Assembly: GCA_963845535.1 (NCBI GenBank)
Contig: CAWJSK010000021.1
Location: forward strand, 1 to 64,000
Length of the DNA stretch: 64,000 nt
Reading direction: 5' to 3'
From: an uncultured Spirochaetota bacterium
GTDB lineage: Bacteria > Spirochaetota > Spirochaetia > SZUA-6 > Fen-1364
Position numbers and translations under genes: made by a program. Each line of letters begins with the position of its first letter. Position 1 is the stretch's first letter. Below, one piece after another: positions 28,775-38,129 of this stretch. A model generated the notes under the pieces. That model ran no database searches. It was not told the DNA's origin and saw only the letters and a list, made by a program, of their open reading frames with translations.

Positions 28775-29712
28775 CAGCTTCCCCCAGTGGTCTTGGCAAT
28801 GCCCTGCAGGGTGCCGGCCGGATGGCAAACCGCCTCCGGCAGGAGCGCCTTCATCAGGCCGGCAAGCACCGTTCCGGGCCCGGCCTCGAAGAACGTGTCG
28901 AATCCATCCGCGAAAAGGCTCTGCTCCACGGCAACCCAGCGCACGGGAGAAACGACCTGCTCACCGCAGAGCCGCCGGGCTTCGCTTCCGCTCGTGATGG
29001 CCCGCCCCGTCACGTTCGAGTAGACGGGGATTTTCGGGTCCGAGAACGTGTAGGCAGCCAGGGCTTCATCGAAAGCCCTGCGCGCTTCGATCAGGAGCGG
29101 AGAATGGAAGGGCCCGGAAACGGAGAGCCGGTGAAAGCGCCTGGCCCCCGCTTCCTTGAGGCTCTTTTCGGCGATTGCAAGCCCCGTGGCGGTCCCGGAG
29201 ACCACGACTTGCGAGGGGCTATTGAGGTTGGCGATGAACACCCCCGCATGTGAAAGGGGTTCGACGATGGCGGTCACTTTCTCAGCCGCCAGGCCAAGCA
29301 CTGCCGCCATTCCGGGCGCTCCCGCGTTTCCATCAAGGCTCCTGGCAGCCCTCTCCATGACCAAGCCTCTTGTCTTGACGATGGGAAAAACGTCCTCCAG
29401 CCTGATCACCCCTGCTTCGCACAGCGCGGCGTACTCCCCCAGGCTGAAACCCGCGCACCCTTGGAGCGATACTCCGGCCTCCTTGAGCGCGAGGCTTGCG
29501 GCGAGATTAGCGAGCGTTATGGCGATTTGCGTCTTGTCCGTTGCCCTCAGATCATCTTCACTGGACTCGAAAAGCAGCTTTTCGGCATCGATACCCGATG
29601 CATCGGACGCCTTGGCAAAAAGGTTCTTTACTGCAGAGACATTCTCCCACAAATCTCTGGCCATGCCGGGATACTGGCTGCCTTGCCCAGGGAAAAGAAA
29701 GCAGTTCTTCAT
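28774..29712 (-). CDS. fabD: Malonyl-CoA:ACP transacylase
   Basis: FPGQGSQ, GFSLGEY, SGPFHS, SPVRW. Confidence 0.95.
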   Translation of the reverse strand: MKNCFLFPGQGSQYPGMARDLWENVSAVKNLFAKASDASGIDAEKLLFESSEDDLRATDKTQIAITLANLAASLALKEAGVSLQGCAGFSLGEYAALCEAGVIRLEDVFPIVKTRGLVMERAARSLDGNAGAPGMAAVLGLAAEKVTAIVEPLSHAGVFIANLNSPSQVVVSGTATGLAIAEKSLKEAGARRFHRLSVSGPFHSPLLIEARRAFDEALAAYTFSDPKIPVYSNVTGRAITSGSEARRLCGEQVVSPVRWVAVEQSLFADGFDTFFEAGPGTVLAGLMKALLPEAVCHPAGTLQGIAKTTGGS

Positions 29713-29887
29713 GTAACCGCAAAAATACCATTTAGGTCTATGGTGGTCAATACAGGGTATTGACTACATCTAATTATATATATTAAATAGAAATCGGCAA
29801 TCATGATCGGAATAGGCTAGTATTCTCAGAAATTCCGCCTATTGACCCCATTTCTTGAATAAGATTACTATCCAGTGGAGCCTACAG

Positions 29888-30874
29888 ATGCGCGCAATCA
29901 TTCAATCAGTGGATTTTGCAGTCCCAGAGAGAAGAATCACCAACGATGAGCTTGCCAAAACGCTCGACACCTCGGATGAATGGATCAGGTCGCACACAGG
30001 GATAGGAGCGCGACACGTGGCGGAACCTTCCGTCGCTGCCTCCGACCTTGCGCTGACGGCCTGCCAAAAAGTATTGAAAAAGACCGGTGTGGCGGCGGAA
30101 GAGATCGATCTCGTGCTTGTAGCCACGGTTTCCGGAGATTATATCGGGTTCCCGTCGGTGTCCTGCATTGTCCAGGACAAGCTCGGCGCCTCCCGGGCCG
30201 CGGCCATGGACATTGCAGCGGGATGCACGGGATTTATCTACGGGTTGGAAACCGCGCGGAACTTCATTGCAGCCGGCAGCGCAAAGAAGGTCCTCGTGAT
30301 AGGCGTGGATTTGCTCAGCCGGATCACCGACTGGAAGGACCGCGACACCTGTGTCCTCTTCGGGGACGGCGCTGGCGCGGCCCTTCTCAGCGCGGAGAAC
30401 GGTGACGGAAACCGGGGCATCATTTCCTCGGTCCTTCGGGCGGACGGCTCAGGGGCGCAGCTCCTGGACAGGCCCGCGGGAGGATCACGGCTTCCCATCA
30501 CGGATGAGACTTTCGACCCTTCGGCGTCATACCTGCACATGGACGGCCGGCAGGTCTACAACTTTGCAGTCAAAGTGGTCTCGGAAGGGATCACGGATAT
30601 AATGGAAAAGAACAAGATCCGCCTGGACGATGTCGCCTGGATTGTTCCGCATCAGGCAAACGTCCGCATCATCGAGGCAGCCAGCAAACGTTCCAAAATC
30701 CCGCTGTCGAAGTTCTTCGTGAACATCGAGGAGTACGCCAACACCTCCGCGGCCTCAATCCCCATTGCCCTCTCCGAGATGCAGGCAAAGGGGCTCGTGA
30801 AAGAGGGAGATCTGCTGGTGACGTTCGGTTTTGGCGCCGGCCTCACCTACGGGGGAAACCTGATCCGCTGGTAG
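29888..30874 (+). CDS. fabH: Beta-ketoacyl-ACP synthase III
   Basis: AAGCTGF, LFGDGAGA, PHQANVRII, NTSAASIP, GFGAGLT. Confidence 0.95.
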   Translation: MRAIIQSVDFAVPERRITNDELAKTLDTSDEWIRSHTGIGARHVAEPSVAASDLALTACQKVLKKTGVAAEEIDLVLVATVSGDYIGFPSVSCIVQDKLGASRAAAMDIAAGCTGFIYGLETARNFIAAGSAKKVLVIGVDLLSRITDWKDRDTCVLFGDGAGAALLSAENGDGNRGIISSVLRADGSGAQLLDRPAGGSRLPITDETFDPSASYLHMDGRQVYNFAVKVVSEGITDIMEKNKIRLDDVAWIVPHQANVRIIEAASKRSKIPLSKFFVNIEEYANTSAASIPIALSEMQAKGLVKEGDLLVTFGFGAGLTYGGNLIRW

Positions 30875-30893
30875 TCAGGCGCTGAACGGGGCT

Positions 30894-31226
30894 TCAGCCG
30901 TCCTTCGCCATCCCGATAACCGAGTCGATGGAGAGGACGAAGGCAATCCCTTTCCCTTTCTGGTGCGAGCACCCAAGGATCTTCTCAAGCACCTCAAGCC
31001 CCTCGCTTGCCTGGGTTTCCGTGATCACGGAGAAGATGATCTTGTTCCGAGGCCTCGCCGAGCGGAAAAGGTTGCGCATCCCGGCGAACAGGGGAACCTC
31101 TTCAATGATATGACCCATGCCCTCCGACTCTACCACCGTGGCTCCGCTGATCCCGGTCTCGATGAGGCCTTCCAGCACCTCTTCCAGCATTTCGACGGCG
31201 TTGAGAAAGATGACGAGAAGCTTCAT
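30894..31226 (-). CDS. P-II-like (GlnB fold) protein
   Basis: 110 aa, GISGATVVESEGMG, GKGIAFV..ID..IG. Lacks the canonical T-loop YRGAEY. Confidence 0.7.
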   Translation of the reverse strand: MKLLVIFLNAVEMLEEVLEGLIETGISGATVVESEGMGHIIEEVPLFAGMRNLFRSARPRNKIIFSVITETQASEGLEVLEKILGCSHQKGKGIAFVLSIDSVIGMAKDG

Positions 31227-31693
31227 CAGATTTTCGCCTCCTCTTCGTCGAACGCCCTGACCATGTCCTGGACGGACCCCGCGGAAATGATCCTTTCGAT
31301 GAACCCCGTGCTCTTGATGAGCCGGGCGATCCTCGCCAACGCCTTCAGGTGAAGGCTGTGCTCCTGGCGATTGCCCATGAGAAGAAATATCACCTGCGTC
31401 GGCTTGCCGTCGAAGGAGTCGAACTCAAGGCCTCCGGGGGCACGAGCGACAATGATGACGAGGTCGGAGATCTCATCCGTGAAGCAATGCGGTATTGCGA
31501 TCCCGTTCCCAACCGCCGTGGTCTGGATGTTCTCCCGCTCCATGAGCTTCGAAAACAAGTCTTTCTCGTCCTTGATCAGGCCTTTGACGGCTGCTTCATG
31601 GATGATCCTTCGCAGGGCATCCTCCCGGGTCTTTTCCGCCAGGTCGTGGAGGAAGCACTCGGGACGTATATAGCGCGTGAGCTTCAACGCCAT
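31226..31693 (-). CDS. PTS EIIA type-2 (Fru/Ntr-like) protein
   Basis: ERE..TTAVGNGIAIPH, FDSFDGKP, HLKALA. Confidence 0.9.
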   Translation of the reverse strand: MALKLTRYIRPECFLHDLAEKTREDALRRIIHEAAVKGLIKDEKDLFSKLMERENIQTTAVGNGIAIPHCFTDEISDLVIIVARAPGGLEFDSFDGKPTQVIFLLMGNRQEHSLHLKALARIARLIKSTGFIERIISAGSVQDMVRAFDEEEAKI

Positions 31694-31793
31694 GCCTGCG
31701 AGTGAATACCGGATGCACCCGCCTGTCAACGACGGCTCGGGACGGGAGTCATCAAGCTCTGCGGGGCGGCGGCGCGGTCCCGTGGCAAGGCCT

Positions 31794-32867
31794 TCAGGTA
31801 TCTTGTCGATACGCCTCTTGGACGAGCACGCAGTCCGCGAGCACCAGGGCGGTCATTGCTTCCAGGACGGGAATTGCGCGGGGAACGATGCACGGGTCGT
31901 GCCTGCCGCCGATCTGAATGGTGGTGGCGGTGCCCTGAGCATCCACGGCTTTCTGAGGAAGGGAAATGGACGCGGGCGGGCGTATGGCCGCGCGGACCAC
32001 GATATCCCCGCCGGTGGAGATGCCCCCGGCGATCCCGCCGGCATTGTTGGTGCGCGTCAGCATCCGGCCTTCCTGCACATACGCCTCGTCGTTGTACGCG
32101 GATCCGCGCATTCGGGACACGGCGAACCCGGCCCCCACTTCCACGCCGCGGACGGCCCCGACTGACATGATGGCGTGTCCCAGGAGGGCCTCCAGCTTGT
32201 CGAAGACCGGGTCCCCCAGCCCTGCCGGGCAACCGGAGGCCACGACCTCAGCGATCCCCCCCACGGAGTCGCCGGCAGCCCTGGCCGCCTCGATGACTTT
32301 GATCATCTGCGCCGCCGCCTCCGCGTCGGGAGCGCGCGCGGGGTTCCTCTCGATCTCCGCGGGATCAACGCGCATTGCCCGCACCCCGCCGATCTCCAGG
32401 CTGTAGCCGAGGATCGTGATGCCCCGGGTCGCAAGGACCTTCTTCGCGATTGCCCCCGCGGCCACGCGGGTGGCGGTCTCCCGGCCCGATGAGCGGCCTC
32501 CGCCGCGCCAGTCACGCGTCCCGAACTTGGCCCGGTAGGTGAAATCCGCGTGACCAGGACGGAACACGTCCTTCAGCGGTTCATAGTCGGAGCTCTTCTT
32601 TTCCTCGTTTCTGATGAGGAGGGACACCGGAGTGCCCATGGTGATGCCTTCGAAGACGCCGGAAAGGATCTCCACGCGGTCCTTCTCGGACCGAGGAGTG
32701 GTAATGGCGCTCTGGCCCGGCCGGCGCCTGTTCAGCTCGCGCTGAATGTCCTCCGCCTCCAGGGGAGTCCCCGCGGGCACCCCATCCACGATCACCCCAA
32801 TGGCCGGCCCATGGCTTTCACCGAATGTGGTAACGGAGAACAGTCGACCGAATGAGCTGCCCGGCAC
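31794..32867 (-). CDS. aroC: Chorismate synthase
   Basis: TFGESHG, RPGHAD, GGGRSSGRET, GRHDPC. Confidence 0.97.
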   Translation of the reverse strand: MPGSSFGRLFSVTTFGESHGPAIGVIVDGVPAGTPLEAEDIQRELNRRRPGQSAITTPRSEKDRVEILSGVFEGITMGTPVSLLIRNEEKKSSDYEPLKDVFRPGHADFTYRAKFGTRDWRGGGRSSGRETATRVAAGAIAKKVLATRGITILGYSLEIGGVRAMRVDPAEIERNPARAPDAEAAAQMIKVIEAARAAGDSVGGIAEVVASGCPAGLGDPVFDKLEALLGHAIMSVGAVRGVEVGAGFAVSRMRGSAYNDEAYVQEGRMLTRTNNAGGIAGGISTGGDIVVRAAIRPPASISLPQKAVDAQGTATTIQIGGRHDPCIVPRAIPVLEAMTALVLADCVLVQEAYRQDT

Positions 32868-32906
32868 GAGACCTCCCTGCCGCGGTTTCTCACCGCAGCC
32901 GTGTTT

Positions 32907-33377
32907 CTATACTGCCCGCGTGATGAGGTGGGTCTTGATGGCATCCACCCACTGCTCGGGATACAGGAGCCTGATGGAGATGCCGTCCTCTTTCCCCGAC
33001 GTGTTGAGGAACCGCACGACGACCCGGTGCCTTTCGGACCGCGGGCGCCCCCGGGGCTCTGAGACTCCGATCCAGGAGATGGATGCGCCCGGCACGAAGA
33101 GCTCCCGGTTGCCGACCCACGAATGGAAATAGAGCCCCGTGGAGAGCAGCATGAGCACCCCGAGGCTCCCGGCGTGCGTACGGCTTCCGCCGTTGCCGTT
33201 GCCGTTGCTCGCTCCGACGCGGGCGCCGGTGGCCAGCAGCATGGCCTCCCTGCCGAGCTCCGCGCGGACGTGGCGGAGAATCCGCCGACGGACGAACAGG
33301 AATCCGCACGCGAGGCCCACGATGGCAGTGCCGAGAAGAAGTCCGATCCACTCCAGCGCGGCGTAGAGGTTCTCCAT
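32907..33377 (-). CDS. Hypothetical protein with an N-terminal membrane anchor
   Basis: 156-aa ORF co-oriented with aroC, one hydrophobic N-terminal helix. Confidence 0.6.
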   Translation of the reverse strand: MENLYAALEWIGLLLGTAIVGLACGFLFVRRRILRHVRAELGREAMLLATGARVGASNGNGNGGSRTHAGSLGVLMLLSTGLYFHSWVGNRELFVPGASISWIGVSEPRGRPRSERHRVVVRFLNTSGKEDGISIRLLYPEQWVDAIKTHLITRAV

Positions 33378-33479
33378 GGTTCAAGGGACAAAGTACTAGA
33401 AATCACAGTCACTCATCAAGACGCGACGGTGTTCTTGACGCCCTGGCGCGCTTCCCTCATGCTTTCAACGAGGTGTCGA

Positions 33480-34709
33480 ATGAAGCGACTCCCGGCTTTT
33501 TTCCTCGCCCTGCTCATGCTCTCGTGCTCGCGTCCGGCTCCCCAGGGGCGGATCGCTACCGTGGATCTCGTGCCGTCGCGCCAGAGGGCCCTTGCGCAAA
33601 GCGACTCCGAGCCTGTCGTCACCACGTGGCTCCCCGTGGGCATGTCCTTTGTCTCCGCCCGGGCGTCCATTCTCTATGGGCTCCTCGTTTCAGATTCTCC
33701 CGTGCTCGACGTCTCGCACAAGCCTGTCGGCGGGACGCTGCGCCGCGGCCTCCGCGTCACCATCGCTGACGCCACGCCGTGGGAGGCTGCCGGGCGGGAC
33801 TACAAGAAGTGGTACCAGGTGCGGGAGCAAGGCTCCTCGAAGGACGCCTGGGTTGATTCAGCGGACGTCGCTCTCATCACCGTGGAGAATGGCCCCCTGA
33901 GCGGAGGGTTCCTCGAACGCAAGATAGCCGTCAGCGGAGGTGAATCGGAGTACAACCTGCTCGTGCTCTGTGACGGGACCGCCGTGTCTCTCATCGACTC
34001 CAGCGCCATCGTCTTCCCGGACGCCTTCCACCCCTCCGGTGTGATGTCCGTCTCCCTGGAGGACGTAAACTCCGACGGCGCCCCGAAAGCGGTCGTGCGC
34101 GGCCAGACCATCGTGTCGCTGCAGTTCCTGGGGGCGTCGCCGCTGGCGTGGGAGGCGTGGCTGAAAGAGAAAGGCGGCTCCTGGGGCGTGATCTTCCGTT
34201 TCAATTCCAGCTACGGCACTGACCAGGGCAACTCCTACAGCGCCACCCGTCGCGTCTTCTCCTCCACCGGCGCCGGCGTCCTTGACACCGTGAAGGTGAC
34301 AACGGACATGGTGGAGACCATGGCTCAGGGGGTTTTCCACGCCACCATCGAGACCTTCTTCCTGTGGAACGGTTCCATCTACAAGGAAGACCCCGGCAAG
34401 GAGCTGCCGCAGGAAGCGTCCGTCACCGCCGCCACTCCGCTGAAAGCAACCCCGCAATCGGATGGAGAAACGGTGGAGAGACTCCGAACAGGGGACGCGC
34501 TTTTCGTTTTCGACAGAGGGGACAAGGCGGAAACCGTGGCCGGCCAGGCGGGCTTCTGGCTCCATGCAACGACTCGCCAAGGCAAAGATGGATGGATCCA
34601 TTCGTCGGCCGTGAAGCTCACAAAGATAGATCCCCTCAAGATCAACCGCGACATATTCCTGGGAAAGCCGGGATTCACCCCGTCCACGGACCAGCCTGCC
34701 AGCCCGTGA
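33480..34709 (+). CDS. Putative lipoprotein with SH3b-like domains
   Basis: MKRLPAFFLALLMLSC lipobox-like signal. WYQVRE..AWV and WLHA..DGWI SH3b-like motifs. Confidence 0.7.
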   Translation: MKRLPAFFLALLMLSCSRPAPQGRIATVDLVPSRQRALAQSDSEPVVTTWLPVGMSFVSARASILYGLLVSDSPVLDVSHKPVGGTLRRGLRVTIADATPWEAAGRDYKKWYQVREQGSSKDAWVDSADVALITVENGPLSGGFLERKIAVSGGESEYNLLVLCDGTAVSLIDSSAIVFPDAFHPSGVMSVSLEDVNSDGAPKAVVRGQTIVSLQFLGASPLAWEAWLKEKGGSWGVIFRFNSSYGTDQGNSYSATRRVFSSTGAGVLDTVKVTTDMVETMAQGVFHATIETFFLWNGSIYKEDPGKELPQEASVTAATPLKATPQSDGETVERLRTGDALFVFDRGDKAETVAGQAGFWLHATTRQGKDGWIHSSAVKLTKIDPLKINRDIFLGKPGFTPSTDQPASP

Positions 34710-35656
34710 CGCGCTCTCTTTTCTTTTCCGCGGCCTTTCTCCTGGTGACGATGATGACGCCAGAAGTATCGGCGCAGGAGCCGCACGGGGACACCCGGTA
34801 CCCGCTCACCGTGACCGACGAAAGTGGGACCACGGTGACGCTGCCCGCAGAGCCGCGCCGGATCATATCCCTCACCTTGCCCACGGATGAAATCCTCCTT
34901 TCCCTCGTGGACGCTTCCAGGATCCTGGCCCTCACGACGCTCGCCCCGGACCCGGCCATCTCCAACGTGGCGGCCTTGGCCACGAAGGTTCCCCGGGCCA
35001 TGACGCTGAACGTTGAGCCGATCATCGCCTTGCAGCCGGACCTCGTTTTTGCCGCAAGCTGGAGTGACGCGTCCCTCATTGGGCAGCTTCGTTCCGCGGG
35101 TGTGCCCGTGTACCTCGTGGCCAGCGCCACGAGCGTAAAGGCAGTGGAAGCCACCGTTGCCCGCTGCGCGCTTCTGACAGGGGAAACGGAAAACGGCGCT
35201 CGCATCGTTGAGCACATGCGGTCCGAAATCGAAGATGTGCGGAAGCGCGTCGGCGCCATCGCGAAGCAAAAAAAGCTGCGGGTGATCGACTTTACGAACT
35301 TCGGCGCGTCCATGGGCAAGGGAAGCTCCTGGGATGACATCGTCCGCTTGGCAGGCCTTGTGAACGCGGCGGACGGGATTGCCTCTGATGAGTGGGGCCA
35401 GGTGCCCATCTCCACGGAGAAACTGCTGCAGATCGATCCTGACATCATCATTCTTCCCGGCTGGGTCTACGGAAACCCCAAGGGCGCGGACGCCTTCAAA
35501 AGCCGTGTCATGAATGACGCCGCCCTTCGCGGGCTTTCCGCGGTAAGAGCAGATCGGGTGTATATGATGCCGGAGCGCCTCAGGTCATGCACCTCACAAT
35601 ACATAGCGGACGCCGTGGCGTGGCTGGCCCGCACGGCGTACCCGCAGCTCTTCTAA
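34706..35656 (+). CDS. Cobalamin/Fe-siderophore ABC substrate-binding protein (BtuF-like)
   Basis: YPLTVTD.SG..VTL...PRRIISL....DEIL, E.IIALQPDLV, EKLLQIDPDII. Next to cob genes. Confidence 0.85.
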   Translation: MTRSLFFSAAFLLVTMMTPEVSAQEPHGDTRYPLTVTDESGTTVTLPAEPRRIISLTLPTDEILLSLVDASRILALTTLAPDPAISNVAALATKVPRAMTLNVEPIIALQPDLVFAASWSDASLIGQLRSAGVPVYLVASATSVKAVEATVARCALLTGETENGARIVEHMRSEIEDVRKRVGAIAKQKKLRVIDFTNFGASMGKGSSWDDIVRLAGLVNAADGIASDEWGQVPISTEKLLQIDPDIIILPGWVYGNPKGADAFKSRVMNDAALRGLSAVRADRVYMMPERLRSCTSQYIADAVAWLARTAYPQLF

Positions 35657-35708
35657 GGGAGCATAGAACCCTGCTATAGTTCCGCGTCACCTCGGGAAAG
35701 GACGGGAC

Positions 35709-36252
35709 ATGCTTATCCTCGTGACGGGCGGGAGCAGAAGCGGGAAGTCCGGCTTTGCGCTGGAGACTGCCCGGCGCTTTGAAGGCCCGCGCGTCTTCCT
35801 TGCCACCGCGCAGGCCTCTGATGAGGAAATGAAGCGGCGAATCGAGACTCATCGCACGAGCCGGCCGGCGGACTGGTCGGTCGTGGAAGAGCCGCGGGAT
35901 GTCGCCAGGGCTTTGAAGGCTGCCATCGACCCCGGGGGTGCGAACGTCGTCATTGTGGACTGCATCACCGATCTGGATGTCGAATCTGTTGCTGCAGGAT
36001 GAAAGGTTCGGTGAGTCGCAGGCGGGGGCAAGGGCGCTTGAGCTGGCCGCCGCGGCAAACGGCACAGCGAGCGCCGTGATCATCGTCACGAATGAGGTTG
36101 GAAGCGGGATCGTACCGGACAACGCGCTTGCCAGGCGCTTTCGCGACTGCGCCGGCAGGGCCAACCAGGTCCTGGCACGGGAAGCGTCCGAAGTATATCT
36201 GTGCGTGAGCGGAATTGCGATCGCCATCAAGACGAGCAACAAAGGAGCATGA
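35709..36252 (+). CDS. cobU: Adenosylcobinamide kinase/guanylyltransferase with a +1 frameshift near 35968
   Basis: GGSRSGKS..RIETH..VDCIT in one frame; IWMSNLL..VTNEVGSG..FRD.AGRANQ in the next. Confidence 0.85.
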
Positions 36253-36253
36253 C

Positions 36254-37309
36254 ATGCGGGAACTGGCCGGCATCCAGGTGCCAAAGATAGACGAAGAGTC
36301 GCGGGCAAAAGCGGCCGAGCGCGTGGAGCAGCTTCTCATGCCGCGACGGGCTTTGGGAAGGCTGCTCGAGCTGGGAGAAAAGATTGCGGGCATCACGGGC
36401 TATGACGCCATGGACCTGGGGCGCAAGATGGTCGTGGTCATGGCGGGGGACCACGGCGTCACGGCGGAAGGGGTCAGCGCGTATCCCTCCGAGGTGACGG
36501 GGCAGATGGTCCGCGGATTCGCCGCGGGCGTTGCGGGGATCAACGTCCTGTGCAGGCACGCGGGCATCGAAGTGCGCGTGGTCGACATGGGATGCGCCGC
36601 GGACCTTTCGGACCTCGTTGCGCAGGGAGTCCTCACGGACGCAAAGGTCGGTCCTGGCACCCACAACATGCGCATGGGGCCCGCCATGAGCCGGCAGGAA
36701 GCCATCACGAGCATCGAGAGGGGAGCCGGCATAGCCCGGGAGCTGGCAAAAAGCGGCGTTCGGATGCTGGGAACGGGGGACATGGGGATTGGCAATACCA
36801 CGCCCTCCACCGCAATTGCCTCGGTGGTGGCGGGAGTGCCTGTCTCACGGATTGCGGGACGCGGAACCGGAATTGATGACGCGGGCCTTGCGCGAAAGAT
36901 CAAGGTCATCGAGGACAGCATCTCCGTCAACAAGCCTTCGAAGGCTGATCCCCTTGGGCTGCTGGCCGGCGTGGGCGGCTTCGAGATCGGCGGAATTGCC
37001 GGCCTCGTCCTGGGCGCCGCGGAGAGCCGCATTCCCGTCGTGATCGACGGCGTCATCTCGACTGCGGGGGCCGCCATTGCCTGGCTTCTTGAGCCGCGTG
37101 TGGCAGATTACGTTTTTGCAGCGCACCGCTCCGTGGAGGAAGCGCAGTCAGCCATGCTTTCCCTCATGGGTCTTGTTCCCATCCTCGACCTGGGGATGCG
37201 TCTTGGGGAAGGGACGGGATGCGCGCTTGCCATGCCCATCATCGAGGCGGGCGCCAAGGTGATACGGCAGATGGCCACCTTCGAAGAGGCCGGCGTATCC
37301 CACGGCTGA
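36254..37309 (+). CDS. cobT: Nicotinate-nucleotide:dimethylbenzimidazole phosphoribosyltransferase
   Basis: AGDHGV..EGVSAYP, GDMGIGNTT, GGFEIGG, MRLGEGTG. Confidence 0.95.
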   Translation: MRELAGIQVPKIDEESRAKAAERVEQLLMPRRALGRLLELGEKIAGITGYDAMDLGRKMVVVMAGDHGVTAEGVSAYPSEVTGQMVRGFAAGVAGINVLCRHAGIEVRVVDMGCAADLSDLVAQGVLTDAKVGPGTHNMRMGPAMSRQEAITSIERGAGIARELAKSGVRMLGTGDMGIGNTTPSTAIASVVAGVPVSRIAGRGTGIDDAGLARKIKVIEDSISVNKPSKADPLGLLAGVGGFEIGGIAGLVLGAAESRIPVVIDGVISTAGAAIAWLLEPRVADYVFAAHRSVEEAQSAMLSLMGLVPILDLGMRLGEGTGCALAMPIIEAGAKVIRQMATFEEAGVSHG

Positions 37310-37316
37310 GTCCGGT

Positions 37317-38093
37317 ATGCGCGGATTCTTTTCTGCCCTTTCGTTTCTGACGATCATCCCGTTCCCCGACTCCCTGAAGAGCCGGGAACAAAACGGGATG
37401 TTTGCCGGCTACCCCGCCGCCGGACTGTTGATCGGCTGTCTCTTGTTGCTTCTTTTCCTGTTGGCGGGAAAGCTCTTCTCTGACTCGCTTGCCGCGGTCA
37501 CCCTCGTAGCAGGGTCCCTTCTCCTGACAGGGGCCATCCACCTGGACGGGCTTGCTGACTGCGCCGACGCTTTCTACGGAAGACGCCCCAGGGAAGAGAC
37601 GCTGCGCATCCTCAAGGACCCGAGGATCGGCACCATGGGCGGCGCGGCCATCGGCATCTCCCTGTTGGCGCGCTACGCCGCGTTCTCTTCGCTGGGCGCG
37701 CCCGTCACGCTGTGTGCGCTGCCCGTACTGACCACGTTTTCCCGAACCACGGTCCTGGTTGCCATGCGGTTCCTGCCGTACGCGCGCAAGGAAGGCGGGA
37801 TCCTGGAGACCCCGCGCGCGGGACTTCCGCGGCCGCTCCGAACCCTTTTGCTTGCGGCTCTCGTCATCCTTGCCGTGGGCATCCTGCTTCCCATCCCGAC
37901 CGTCCTTGCGCTGCTTGCCCTTGCTGCTTTCTGGCGCCTGTCGTGGAAACGGATTGGCGGCTGCACGGGTGACGTCCTGGGAGCGACAATCGAGATTGCT
38001 GAGATCGTCTTCCTGGCAGCCCTTGCGGCGCTGGATCACCTGGGGTTGGCAGTCGGATTGTTCTTCCCCTTGCCCATCCTCGCCGGTCTGTGA
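37317..38093 (+). CDS. cobS: Adenosylcobinamide-GDP ribazoletransferase (cobalamin synthase)
   Basis: SFLTIIP, TGAIHLDGLADCAD, KDPRIGTMG, GGCTGDVLGA. Confidence 0.95.
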   Translation: MRGFFSALSFLTIIPFPDSLKSREQNGMFAGYPAAGLLIGCLLLLLFLLAGKLFSDSLAAVTLVAGSLLLTGAIHLDGLADCADAFYGRRPREETLRILKDPRIGTMGGAAIGISLLARYAAFSSLGAPVTLCALPVLTTFSRTTVLVAMRFLPYARKEGGILETPRAGLPRPLRTLLLAALVILAVGILLPIPTVLALLALAAFWRLSWKRIGGCTGDVLGATIEIAEIVFLAALAALDHLGLAVGLFFPLPILAGL

Positions 38094-38097
38094 CCTT

Positions 38098-38129
38098 CTT
38101 CAGCCCTTCAGCTCTTCAGCCCTTCAGCC
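38098..38129. repeat. 8-bp tandem repeat CTTCAGCY x4 across a permease stop codon
   Basis: CTTCAGCC CTTCAGCT CTTCAGCC CTTCAGCC. Confidence 0.75.

Noticed and set aside
28774..29712. FabD active-site GFSLG instead of GHSLG
   Set aside because: The catalytic Ser and the other motifs are intact. Probably a lineage variant, not a new function.
29713..29887. AT-rich imperfect palindrome between fabD and fabH as a fatty-acid regulator site
   Set aside because: Symmetry is weak in low-complexity AT sequence and does not match a motif I can name.
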